64,000 nt of DNA. Origin: Candidatus Poribacteria bacterium (GTDB taxonomy: Bacteria > Poribacteria > WGA-4E > WGA-3G). Made by a program: the position numbers and the translations under genes. Numbering within the stretch: position 1 is the first letter of the stretch; each line of letters begins with the position of its first letter. The notes under the pieces are model-generated. The model was given only the letters and a program-made list of their open reading frames with translations. It did not search any database and had not been told where the DNA came from. The stretch lies in NCBI GenBank assembly GCA_965205015.1, contig OZ242029.1, positions 3,040,001-3,104,000 of the forward strand, read 5' to 3'. Positions 9,905-19,108 of the stretch are shown one piece after another.

Positions 9905-11476
9905 TCAGCGTGTCTGTTTCTTCTTGGAGAAAAAGAACCCGTATTTCTTGAAGAAAAAGAACCGATAGGCAAATATGCCTATGCATAGCGAGGCGAACGC
10001 AGCTATAAACTGCCAAGGTCCGTACTTGTAGAAGTATTGGTGGTTCTGTAGCTGCACCCCGTGGAGGATGAGGCCCACTGCTGTCAAGCGAGTCGATAAC
10101 CACTCGAAACCTCCAAAGAGTAGGACTATCAGCCGCGGAACAAGGACAATCAGCGCAACAGCGATACCACTGATGAGTATCCGACCAATTGACTTCCAAA
10201 TCGGATAATCAACGTAGCAGGAAATTGGCACGTTTAAACGCCCACTGTTTGTCTGAACAATCAATTCTGTCTCGTGCAATTGTTTGACGGCAAGGTGGCT
10301 TGCGTCGAGTTCGAGGGTGACAACCGCCTCTCCCCGAATAGCGGACGATGAAAGTTGCAGCCCTGGCAGTTCACTCGCGAATTGGACATCGCCGTGGAGG
10401 AATCCGCGTCCGGCGTTCTTAATCTCAAGTTGGATTGTTTTTTGCGTTTCCGTATCAATCTGCCCGAAGTCGATCCGGGGGTGGCTCACTTCGAGTACCG
10501 GCTGCCCAATCTGCGGGTCAAGTGCTTGGACTAACATTTCCAAACCTACGTCTGGGTCATCGCTGTAACGGCTGGTGATTGTTTTCGCCGTGTTTGCCAA
10601 TTGGGGGTGTGTCGTATACTCCAACCAGAGTGCCATGAACCCGCTGTAGAGTAGCATTTTCGCCTGTTCCCAATTTACGTCAATCAGGCGTGCGAGTTGT
10701 TTGGGGGTCCGCGCTTCATTCTGTTTCTGAACCTCCATTTCTTGCCCGAACTGCTTAGGAGTTTCGGCTTCACGTCCTTTCTGAAATTCCATTTTCCCTT
10801 GAAGGATTTGGACCATCGCCTTGCGTCCCAATTCACGGTTGTTGGGAAATTCAGTGACGACTGCCTGCGCCGCGGTGGCAAAGTGCATTTCGCCGACTCT
10901 GCCGAGACTCTGCTCCAAGTAGCCCTGATAGAGAGCATTCGTAGCATCTTCTGGATTTTCCGTCATCAACGCCGCAAGTTGTGATATATCAGTGGCTTCG
11001 GCGCCATTAGAGAACTTAAAGATGAGGCGCCCTTCTCCCTTTAATGCCGCGTCGTCCTTCGCTCGCTGAAGGTTAACGATGTGTTCACGACGTTTTTCGG
11101 GGTCTTTTAAAGTATCTTGGGCGTCATTCAAAAGAATCCGCCATTGCTCTTCGGTACGACCATCGGGACGGACACGCCCACCGGCGCGCAATGAAGCCTT
11201 ATAGTGTTGTTCATGGGTTGCATCAATACGAGTGACTATATCTGTTTCGCTCTCATCTTGGAGATCTTCAATTGAAAGCCCTAATATCGCAAAATAGTTT
11301 ACCTCCTCGCCAATGGTGAGACCCGATGCCTCCAGGATTTCAGTTGCGTCATCAGCGGAGAGACCATATTCCCGCACTGCTTGTTGGAGGAGTCCCATGC
11401 GTTGTGTAGCACTTATAGTCGGCGAAGCTGCTTTGAATGCCCTGACAACTGCCACGAATTCATCATGTTTAGACAT
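9905..11476 (-). CDS. Degenerate J-domain + two helical repeats + Ig-like domain + TM protein
   Basis: NYFAILGL...RPD...LNDAQDTLKDPEKRREH; IDFG..IKNAGRGFLHG Ig-like motif; C-terminal TM helices; AAGGAG before ATG 11476. Confidence 0.7.
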   Translation of the reverse strand: MSKHDEFVAVVRAFKAASPTISATQRMGLLQQAVREYGLSADDATEILEASGLTIGEEVNYFAILGLSIEDLQDESETDIVTRIDATHEQHYKASLRAGGRVRPDGRTEEQWRILLNDAQDTLKDPEKRREHIVNLQRAKDDAALKGEGRLIFKFSNGAEATDISQLAALMTENPEDATNALYQGYLEQSLGRVGEMHFATAAQAVVTEFPNNRELGRKAMVQILQGKMEFQKGREAETPKQFGQEMEVQKQNEARTPKQLARLIDVNWEQAKMLLYSGFMALWLEYTTHPQLANTAKTITSRYSDDPDVGLEMLVQALDPQIGQPVLEVSHPRIDFGQIDTETQKTIQLEIKNAGRGFLHGDVQFASELPGLQLSSSAIRGEAVVTLELDASHLAVKQLHETELIVQTNSGRLNVPISCYVDYPIWKSIGRILISGIAVALIVLVPRLIVLLFGGFEWLSTRLTAVGLILHGVQLQNHQYFYKYGPWQFIAAFASLCIGIFAYRFFFFKKYGFFFSKKKQTR

Positions 11477-11559
11477 AGCGGAGTTCTCCTTCTTCTTCAT
11501 AAGTGTCAATTTTAGGAAAAAAGTCTATAGCGAAACCCAACGCCATACCGGCTCGTTGT

Positions 11560-13155
11560 TTACTCAACTTTCAAATCTTGGAGTTCCGATTGTGCTTCTG
11601 CAACTTCTTCTTCATCCAGGATTGGACGTTCAATTATAGAAAATACCTCGTAAACCGCCGCTGCTTCATCGTCTTTCTGGGAGGTTGCTGTCACTTCCAG
11701 CACTTGGTCTAAGTTGTATTTGTAGGTAACATGGATTGGGGATCCCTGTGGTAAATCCGGCGGTAGCGCGAGGGTACATTCACCTAATTGATACGTCTCA
11801 AATAGATAGACATCATCCTTGCGTTGATCTTGCTCAAGACTCTGGACGACTTCAATCAACACTGTCCGCTGGTTGTCGTCCACTGTGCCAAATTTAGTTG
11901 TAATCTCACAAGGCACGGCTGTCATTTTGGGAATCATGACATGGATAATGTGTTCGCGTTGCGGATTGAGAACGACGAGGCCGAGGTTATGTGTGGCTCC
12001 GTCTGTCACTGTCACTTTAGGATCCCCGTCTGGTCCGATGAACCGTTCAATAACCGCTTCTGTGAGGTCTGCTGTTGCTGAGGCGTCTTCGGAAATCTGA
12101 TGGAGAGTGCCTTGGATCGCTGCGCCGAGGGCAACTGCTTCGTCGGGATTGACTTCATGCAGATCGATCTCTTTTTCGCTAACATTGGCGATCATCTCCC
12201 TGACCATAGGCATCCGGGTGGCTCCCCCTACCAACACAACTGTATTGATGTCTGCCCACGTCAAACGCGCTTCTGAAAGGACGACATCACAGAGGACTCG
12301 GCATCTTTCAAGGAGCTCGGCGGTCAACGTCTCGAATTTTTTGCGTGTCAACTCGACGAGACTCATTTTACCATTGTATCCACAGACGATGCTGATTTGC
12401 TGTCGCTGGGACAAAGCGACTTTGGCGCTCACCGTCCGAAGTTGGAGGTCTTGATAGGCGTGAAGATCCTGTAACGGATTTTCGCCGTGTTCAATCTCAA
12501 ACATCTCTGCGACATGCGTAATAATTTTATCGTCCCAATTTTTACCGCCGAGTCTATGATCCCCGTTTGTAGCAAGCATCTGGACGGTGGTTTCGGAAAT
12601 CTTCATGACGGTCGCATCAAAAGTGCCGCCCCCCAGGTCAAAGACAAAGACGTTCTGGTCTGCTCCGAGTTGCTCTATACCGTAGGCGAGCGCAGCAGCA
12701 GTGGGTTCATTGAGGACCTGTAAAACGTTGAATCCAGCAATTTTACCGGCGTTGCGTGTGGCTTCGCGCTCGGCATCGTGGAAATACGCCGGCACCGTAA
12801 TAACCGCGTCGGTGATTTCGGTCTTCAGATACGCTTCGGCATCCTGTTTGAGTTTCCTCAAAATCAACGCCGAGAGTTCTTCGGCGGAATAGTCTTTGCC
12901 ATTAAACGTGCGGAAAAACGTGGATTTTGATTTCCCCATCTCACGTTTGACGAACTCAACAATCTGTTCGGGCACCGCTTTGGCGCTCTGCTTCGCAACT
13001 TTCCCGATGGTGACGAGGTCGTCCTCAAACAGAATTACGGATGGCGTGATTCTGTCGCCTTCGGCGTTCGGGATCATCTCTGGCTGTCCATGTTCATTGA
13101 CATGTGCAATCGCTGAGAAGGTCGTCCCTAAATCAATTCCAACAACTTTCCCCAT
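11560..13155 (-). CDS. Hsp70 family protein, non-canonical DnaK paralog lacking the lid
   Basis: GIDLGTT, TVPAYF, NEPTAAA, DLGGGTFD and VGGATRMP motifs; 531 aa. Confidence 0.92.
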   Translation of the reverse strand: MGKVVGIDLGTTFSAIAHVNEHGQPEMIPNAEGDRITPSVILFEDDLVTIGKVAKQSAKAVPEQIVEFVKREMGKSKSTFFRTFNGKDYSAEELSALILRKLKQDAEAYLKTEITDAVITVPAYFHDAEREATRNAGKIAGFNVLQVLNEPTAAALAYGIEQLGADQNVFVFDLGGGTFDATVMKISETTVQMLATNGDHRLGGKNWDDKIITHVAEMFEIEHGENPLQDLHAYQDLQLRTVSAKVALSQRQQISIVCGYNGKMSLVELTRKKFETLTAELLERCRVLCDVVLSEARLTWADINTVVLVGGATRMPMVREMIANVSEKEIDLHEVNPDEAVALGAAIQGTLHQISEDASATADLTEAVIERFIGPDGDPKVTVTDGATHNLGLVVLNPQREHIIHVMIPKMTAVPCEITTKFGTVDDNQRTVLIEVVQSLEQDQRKDDVYLFETYQLGECTLALPPDLPQGSPIHVTYKYNLDQVLEVTATSQKDDEAAAVYEVFSIIERPILDEEEVAEAQSELQDLKVE

Positions 13156-13170
13156 CTGTTTCGTCTCCTT

Positions 13171-13412
13171 TAGGACTTACGCGGCGTCGAGAGAACGCGT
13201 CTACCTCTTGTAGGAGAGGTTGGGAACCTCGATGCTATATAGAGGGGTTTGAAACACAACAACCGATACATCGCGTAAGTCCTACTTATTCAGGACTTAT
13301 GCACAATTGGCTTCTATGCCAAAACTGAGGTGATATTCCCGAAGAAAGCGCAATCAATTGCGCTGCTACGAACCAAAGACGGCACAAAAACAGGGAAACT
13401 GCGTAAGTCCTA
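13171..13412. mobile_element. Two tandem MITE-like elements with TAGGACTTACGC...GCGTAAGTCCTA ends
   Basis: Inverted ends at 13171/13284 and 13291/13412, each enclosing a REP-like hairpin; solo ends at 35711 and ~63947. Confidence 0.65.
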
Positions 13413-13419
13413 CTTATTA

Positions 13420-13540
13420 TTATAGTAAAACCCGTAATTACTTATACACCAACATAAGGGCGAGGATACAATCCTCGCCAGCGGTGGTGGGGTGTTTGTT
13501 CCCTGACGAACTGTAAACATATTTTTGGATTTTACTATAA
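13420..13540. mobile_element. MITE-like element with ~29-bp TTATAGTAAA...ACA inverted ends carrying a REP hairpin
   Basis: TTATAGTAAAA...TTTTACTATAA ends; internal GGCGAGGATACAATCCTCGCC; related copies at 35833 and 38386. Confidence 0.65.
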
Positions 13541-13665
13541 TGTGCGTTGGATAAGAGATTTCTCTATGCATATTATATCGCTTTTCGGTGATATCGAGGC
13601 TTTTTTCTCGCGGTATTTGAAAAACAGATTCAGGATCCCTCCGACCGGGGGCTACGAATGGCATC

Positions 13666-13788
13666 CTATTTCCGTATCAACATCTTGCGCGTTGCCGCGA
13701 AATCGCCTGCCTTGAGTGTGAACCTTCTTGACCCCGCGATCCTGCAATTTATCTGAGAGGCAGTATCAATATGATACCCTTCACGCAT
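13666..13788 (-). pseudogene. 40-aa relic ending in the C-terminus of a FlgD-Ig/T9SS-type secreted protein
   Basis: Hand translation MREGYHIDTASQINCRIAGSRRFTLKAGDFAATRKMLIRK*; the tail matches YTLTAGDFTATSKMLILK of the 51027 gene. Confidence 0.7.
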
Positions 13789-13799
13789 TTTTAACGTTG

Positions 13800-13815
13800 G
13801 CAAGTTTCATGCCAA
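13800..13815 (-). promoter_or_regulatory. sigma54 (RpoN) -24/-12 promoter motif
   Basis: Minus strand TTGGCATGAAACTTGC (GG-N10-GC) in a long intergenic region, facing the Hsp70 operon. Confidence 0.7.
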
Positions 13816-14199
13816 GCAAATTGGGGCAGTGACGGGTAAAAAAATGGCAATTTCCTCACAAGTTGTGTAGGAATCCACAGAAGTTATGTAAAAATCTGCA
13901 GAAGTTTTGCAAAGAAAAGGGCGTTGTGAGTATCACAACTTTGCATGCCTTCCGTTGAATCTACGTTAAAAAATAAAAAAAATACTTTTTTACAAAACCA
14001 ATCGACTACTTCTTCAGAATCGAGGGAAGTTTTCCCGGATCATTACACCCTTTTTTGAATGTGAACCAAGATCGGTCTTCGCGGTTTATAGTAAACCGTG
14101 GAAATAACTTTCAATGTGAGGCAACTTTAGAAAACACAAACACCTCTCCTTCATTGGCGGGGTGTTTGTGTTATCGTGCTTACAAAGAAATGGTCAAAT

Positions 14200-14228
14200 T
14201 TGACAACATGCGATATTTCAACTATAAT
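14200..14228 (+). promoter_or_regulatory. Consensus sigma70 promoter, probably giving a leaderless mRNA
   Basis: TTGACA-N17-TATAAT; ATG 14235 follows after 6 nt with no SD. Confidence 0.8.
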
Positions 14229-14234
14229 TAACGC

Positions 14235-16469
14235 ATGCCAAAACTTGTAGCTGCTCTACTGTTATTCATTGCCTATCCTATCCTCCTTTTTGCACACCCA
14301 GAAGGCATGGGTGAACATGTCGTTGACGCCCACCGGATCGTAGGCGAACCCCCGCGAATTGACGGGATACTGGACGACGCTGTGTGGCACCACGCAGAAC
14401 CACAAAGCGGTTTTATTCAACTCGAGCCGTCACGCGGGAATCCCGCAACTGATGACACAGAATTTCGTATCGCTTACGATGTGCATAACCTCTACGTCGC
14501 ATTCCGATGTTACGATGCAGAACCCGACAAGATCGTCAATCGAATGACGCGCCGCGGGAACATCTATGGTTCAGATGTCATCTCCTTCTTTATTGATCCA
14601 CATCACGACCACCGCACCGGCTATAAATTCGCCACAAACCCAGCAGGGGTCCAGAGCGACAATTATCGGTACGAGGACACCCAACGCGACAGCAACTGGA
14701 AAGGAATTTGGTGGGTTGAAAGTAGCATTGATGAATTGGGGTGGAGTGCCGAGTTTAAAATCCCGTTTGCAAACTTTCGGTTCACCGATAAACCAACCCA
14801 GATTTGGGGGTTTGATGTGGAACGGGTAAACCGTCGGAAAAGCGAGGTTACGGTATGGAAGCAATTGACCCAAGCCGGGGTCGTCACGCGGATGTCCGAT
14901 TTAGGACACATCGTGGGTATGCACGCTATTGAAACAGGAAAAAACTTTGAAATCTCACCCTATTTTTTAGGCGGTGGTATGCGTGCGACTGATGCCGATT
15001 TAACACGCCAACTCGGAACAGGTTTGGATGTGCAATACAGTCTCACAAGTGCCCTAAAGGCGAACGTTACAGTCAATCCCGATTTCGCGCAGGTTGAAGC
15101 GGACCAATTAGAGATTAATCTGACCCGCTTCCCGACGCGTTTTCCTGAAAAACGTCCGTTTTTTGTTGAAGGAAACAGCTTTTTTGAAACGCCTTATGAC
15201 CTGATGTTCAGTCGGCGTATCGGGAGTCGTGGGAACATCCTTTGGGGGAGTAAACTTACGGGTAAAGTCGGTAACTATTCCGTCGGCGTCTTGGGAAACC
15301 AGACGGGTGAATTCAGGTTTTCTGAGAGTACACCGTCCGAAAAGGAGGAGGCATGGTTCTCTGCAATCCGTGTTAAACGCGACATCCTCAAACGTTCGAA
15401 CATTGGGGTCCTATTGGTGAACAAGGAACAGCCCGGTCGTGAAAACTGGCGTCATAGCCGAGTGGGTGGCGTTGATATGAACCTCGCTTTAGGCAAAACG
15501 TATCATCTCACGGGACAATATGCGGGGAGTTTCCATCCCGGCGAAGATCGTGATAACTTTGCGTATACGGTTGACTTCGCACAGCGTAACTATCTCTGGA
15601 GCAGCGACATTGGGTTTGAACGGGTCGGTCCGAATTTTGAAATTAATCAGACGGGATTTTTACGAAAGGAACGAAACCGCGGCTGGCAACGCGTCTCTAT
15701 GCGGAGTTCTTATTCTCCACATTGGGGAAAGCACCAATTTTTTTCTCGTATAATCGCTCGTCTCTCTCAAAGTCTTTATACCCCCGCGTATTTTGCGGCG
15801 TGGAGAGAACGTAACCCAGTGTTGTCCCTCTCACCTGAATTTGATGAAGATTTGCTCAGATGGAGTGCGGGTGCCGACGTTGGGATGGATTTCAGGGAAA
15901 TCCTTTTGGATGACCTTAATGTTTACTATTTCCGAAGTCGGGAAGTTGAGCTCACGGAGGTATTTACGACAAATAGATACGGGTTTGAGATTGACACCAA
16001 CTCCACATATCCAATTGCTATCGGGGTCGCTGTAGATTTCGCCGACTATTTTAACTTCAGTCGGCAACAAGCGGGTAAACAGCGGAGTCTCACGCTTGAA
16101 TCTACGATCCGTCCACGGAGCAATTTGTCCATAGAATTAGACGGCGGCTATGCCCAGAGTTTTGATTTAGAAGGTGCGATTGATGGCAGGTTTTTCGTCA
16201 GTTCATTGCGTACGACGTATTTGTTCACGCGAGAGTCGTTTCTCCGAATGTTCGCGCAAGCCAATAGGGAACGCCTATTTTCTATGGAGATTCACCAGAC
16301 GTATCTGCTCAGTTTTCTCTTTGGATGGGAATATAATCCAAAGAGCCACCTTTTCGTTGCATATAACGAGGCGTGGGGTGATGCGCCTGTTGGGACAGCC
16401 TCCGATCGGGCGTTACAACTGGAAAACCGTGTCATTGTCATTAAAGTAACGTATCTCTATAACCTATAG
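14235..16469 (+). CDS. CBM9-like + DUF5916 outer-membrane protein
   Basis: Signal peptide; PRIDGILDDAVW, WSAEFKIPF and VNPDFAQVEAD...FPEKRPFFVEG motifs; beta-barrel-type C-terminus. Confidence 0.85.
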   Translation: MPKLVAALLLFIAYPILLFAHPEGMGEHVVDAHRIVGEPPRIDGILDDAVWHHAEPQSGFIQLEPSRGNPATDDTEFRIAYDVHNLYVAFRCYDAEPDKIVNRMTRRGNIYGSDVISFFIDPHHDHRTGYKFATNPAGVQSDNYRYEDTQRDSNWKGIWWVESSIDELGWSAEFKIPFANFRFTDKPTQIWGFDVERVNRRKSEVTVWKQLTQAGVVTRMSDLGHIVGMHAIETGKNFEISPYFLGGGMRATDADLTRQLGTGLDVQYSLTSALKANVTVNPDFAQVEADQLEINLTRFPTRFPEKRPFFVEGNSFFETPYDLMFSRRIGSRGNILWGSKLTGKVGNYSVGVLGNQTGEFRFSESTPSEKEEAWFSAIRVKRDILKRSNIGVLLVNKEQPGRENWRHSRVGGVDMNLALGKTYHLTGQYAGSFHPGEDRDNFAYTVDFAQRNYLWSSDIGFERVGPNFEINQTGFLRKERNRGWQRVSMRSSYSPHWGKHQFFSRIIARLSQSLYTPAYFAAWRERNPVLSLSPEFDEDLLRWSAGADVGMDFREILLDDLNVYYFRSREVELTEVFTTNRYGFEIDTNSTYPIAIGVAVDFADYFNFSRQQAGKQRSLTLESTIRPRSNLSIELDGGYAQSFDLEGAIDGRFFVSSLRTTYLFTRESFLRMFAQANRERLFSMEIHQTYLLSFLFGWEYNPKSHLFVAYNEAWGDAPVGTASDRALQLENRVIVIKVTYLYNL

Positions 16470-16583
16470 GAATTGGCAGTCAGCAAGATAGCAAAGAAGC
16501 CGTTAACTATTTCCGCTGAATATCTCTGAAATGCGGTCCTAAAAATTGTAATAAAAAGAGTGGAGATGTGATATAATAAAGTT

Positions 16584-16952
16584 ATGAAAGATTTTTTACT
16601 GCTATTCTTCAACGTTTTACTAACCGTCATCGGACAGATTTTGTTTAAACACGGTATGAACACAATCGGTCGTATCAATAGTTTACGGAGTGCTATGGAC
16701 AAATTGGTCCAGGCGTTCCTGAACCCTTATATCCTCAGTGGGATTGCGATATATGGCTTTACAACGCTCGTCTGGTTGATTATCCTGTCGCGTGTTAAAC
16801 TGAGCATTGCGTATCCGATGTTAAGTTCTGGGTATGTGCTGTCGATCCTGTTTTCTTGGATGTTTTTCAAGGAATCTGTTCCGAAGATTCGTATCATGGG
16901 TGCTCTGATCATCTGTATCGGGGTCTACCTTGTGGCACAAGGGGAGTCTTAA
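16584..16952 (+). CDS. EamA/SMR-like (ArnE/ArnF-type) small transporter
   Basis: GQILFK and LSRVKLSIAYP motifs; 4 TM helices; extended -10 TGATATAAT 6 nt before the ATG. Confidence 0.8.
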   Translation: MKDFLLLFFNVLLTVIGQILFKHGMNTIGRINSLRSAMDKLVQAFLNPYILSGIAIYGFTTLVWLIILSRVKLSIAYPMLSSGYVLSILFSWMFFKESVPKIRIMGALIICIGVYLVAQGES

Positions 16953-16955
16953 TCA

Positions 16956-17414
16956 ATGGTAGACCCCGCAAACGCGCGTGTCACCGCCAGCAATTCTCGA
17001 GGCACGGAAGGGAAATCTGCTGATCGTTCTTTCGTTGCGATGGTCCTGTCCGCCATTTTTCCAGGACTCGGTCAACTCTACTTAGGGCAATTTCCGAAAG
17101 CGGTTATCCTTTTTGCCATTTTTGCGTCCGCAATTGGTATTTTCTACCTAAATTCGTTGCCCGTAACGGGATGGGATGATTTAATGCGGTTCAAACCCGC
17201 AACGCGGGAGAACCCCTCAACAGGTGAAACCGCGAACTCTGAAGCGCAAGAGCCTTATTCGATTCACATCTGGACATTCGACGATGGCGAACAGTTGATG
17301 TACCGTCCCTCTTGGAAACTGAAAATTAGTGCGTCCGTTCAAGGGATTTTATGTTGGCTCTATGCGGTTGGCGATGGGTGGAGAGGCAGGCGTAGAAATA
17401 GAAAACGCCGATAA
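16956..17414 (+). CDS. Hypothetical membrane protein with LS..FPGLGQLY motif
   Basis: AMVLSAIFPGLGQLYLGQ motif; starts 3 nt after the upstream stop. Confidence 0.65.
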   Translation: MVDPANARVTASNSRGTEGKSADRSFVAMVLSAIFPGLGQLYLGQFPKAVILFAIFASAIGIFYLNSLPVTGWDDLMRFKPATRENPSTGETANSEAQEPYSIHIWTFDDGEQLMYRPSWKLKISASVQGILCWLYAVGDGWRGRRRNRKRR

Positions 17415-17435
17415 TTGATTTCCTGTAGGAGGGGA

Positions 17436-17545
17436 AGAAATCCGCAGAAATCCGCAGAAATACGCAGAAACACCCAAGCAAAGACACCAAGCAAAGACAC
17501 CAAGCAAATACCCCTATCAATACGCAGAAATACCCAAGCAAAAAC
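17436..17545. repeat. Compound short tandem repeat
   Basis: AGAAAT(C/A)CGC x3-4 followed by repeated ACCAAGCAAA units. Confidence 0.75.
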
Positions 17546-17562
17546 ACTTCGATTCCTGACGC

Positions 17563-18948
17563 TTGATCTCTACGGAAAAAAACGTGAAACTATCAACCTA
17601 CCTGACCGAACCACAATGTATAATTAAAGTCTGTAGCATCCTTCTCGTTGTCTTAGTGACCGGGTGCCAAGATGATACGGCGGTTCTCAAAAAGAGTGAA
17701 GAACTTCTGAACGCCGGAACCCCACAAGCAGCAGTGGAAGCACTGGAGGTTTTTATCGAAACGGCACCTGAGGATCCGAGGGCACGGCTGTTATTGGGAA
17801 AAGCCTACAATGACTTGGGGCGTTACACCGACGCCGTTATCGAGCTACAAAAGGCGTCACAACTTTATGCTGCACAACCCGAAGAGCGGATTGCGGCGCG
17901 ACTGGAATTGGCACGTACCTATTTAAGATTCGGTGATAGAAGTTCCGCCTTTCGTGTGCTCCGACTCGTTCAGCGGAGTACGCTGGATCCTGAGGTTTTG
18001 CGCGAAATCATCGAACTCGTGGGAGACAGTTATCATACAAGGCAGTTGACCCGTGGGGATTCAGATAACTATTCACCCACCTTCTCACCGGACGGCACAC
18101 AAATTGCCTTCGCCTCCTTTCGCCTCGACAACGGCGAACTCTATTTAATGGACTTAAACGGACGTATCCAACGCCGTGTAACCTTCACAACGGATTTCAA
18201 CGATAGTTCACCCGCATTCCTCACAACCCCGAACTATCTGTTTTATAGTAGCGAACCGAAATCATCGCGCGAAGTTAAAGTTGTCATCCAAAGCAGCGGT
18301 TCCACGCCGATTTACGCCGGCTTCCATGTAACGCATATTCATAGCAAAATAACGCGAACCGTTTTGCCTGTGAGTTTCGGTGCCCGCGTGCCTCGTAGGT
18401 CACCTGCCGGAAATCAGGTTGTTTATGAATCCAACGTGGATGGAAACCTGGAATTATATCTCCTCGATTTGGCAGGACTCGATCTGGCAGGACTCACACC
18501 AGAAGATGTTGCGCCGAAACGTATTACCTTTAACGAAACCGATGACGGGAGCCCGGCATTCTTCCCGGACGGAAAACGCATCATATTTGTCTCCTCTCGA
18601 AATGAACGAAATCAACTTTATACCGTAGACATTGATGGGAAAAACGAAAAGCATTTCAATCCAAATCGCTATGGGTGTTATAACCCGACGGTGTCGCCGG
18701 ACGGAAAAACGATTGCGTATGTTTCGGCGAGGGACGGTGATTGGGAGATTTATCTCATTGATGCGGATGGTAAAAATGAGCGGCGGATCACCAGCGACAT
18801 CGGTAGGTCTATTCAACCCGCCTTTTCACCTGATGGACGCTACCTCGCGTATGTTTCCGACAGGAGTGATACGTTCCACATCTATCTGATGTCTCTTGAT
18901 AAACCTGTCACGCGTCAGGATTTAGCCAAACGTCTTTTTAACTATTAA
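17563..18948 (+). CDS. TPR + TolB-like (PD40) beta-propeller lipoprotein
   Basis: Lipobox VTGC, TPR helices, repeated P.FSPDG..IA(F/Y).S.R motifs; start uncertain. Confidence 0.8.
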   Translation: MISTEKNVKLSTYLTEPQCIIKVCSILLVVLVTGCQDDTAVLKKSEELLNAGTPQAAVEALEVFIETAPEDPRARLLLGKAYNDLGRYTDAVIELQKASQLYAAQPEERIAARLELARTYLRFGDRSSAFRVLRLVQRSTLDPEVLREIIELVGDSYHTRQLTRGDSDNYSPTFSPDGTQIAFASFRLDNGELYLMDLNGRIQRRVTFTTDFNDSSPAFLTTPNYLFYSSEPKSSREVKVVIQSSGSTPIYAGFHVTHIHSKITRTVLPVSFGARVPRRSPAGNQVVYESNVDGNLELYLLDLAGLDLAGLTPEDVAPKRITFNETDDGSPAFFPDGKRIIFVSSRNERNQLYTVDIDGKNEKHFNPNRYGCYNPTVSPDGKTIAYVSARDGDWEIYLIDADGKNERRITSDIGRSIQPAFSPDGRYLAYVSDRSDTFHIYLMSLDKPVTRQDLAKRLFNY

Positions 18949-18978
18949 ATCTGGGCATCGTTCCACTTGCAAGATAAG

Positions 18979-19094
18979 AAAGTTTGCAAGTGTACTAAAG
19001 TTTGCAAGTGCCTAAAGTTGGAAGAGCGGTGTGGATATTCTAACACCTCTTCCAACTTCTAAACTTTAGAACACTTTAGAACACTTTACTTTAA
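18979..19094. repeat. Palindromic element with TAAAGT/ACTTTA tandem arms
   Basis: 12-bp core stem AAGTTGGAAGAG/CTCTTCCAACTT with repeated flanks. Confidence 0.7.
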
Positions 19095-19108
19095 GGGAAA
19101 CTAAAAAA

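Noticed and set aside
11560-13155. Housekeeping dnaK
   Set aside because: Too short, no lid, divergent linker and no grpE/dnaJ context, so the symbol is withheld
14133-14172. 12-bp hairpin as a Rho-independent terminator
   Set aside because: It lies between divergent transcription units, with a 16-nt loop and no poly-U tail; more likely repeat-derived
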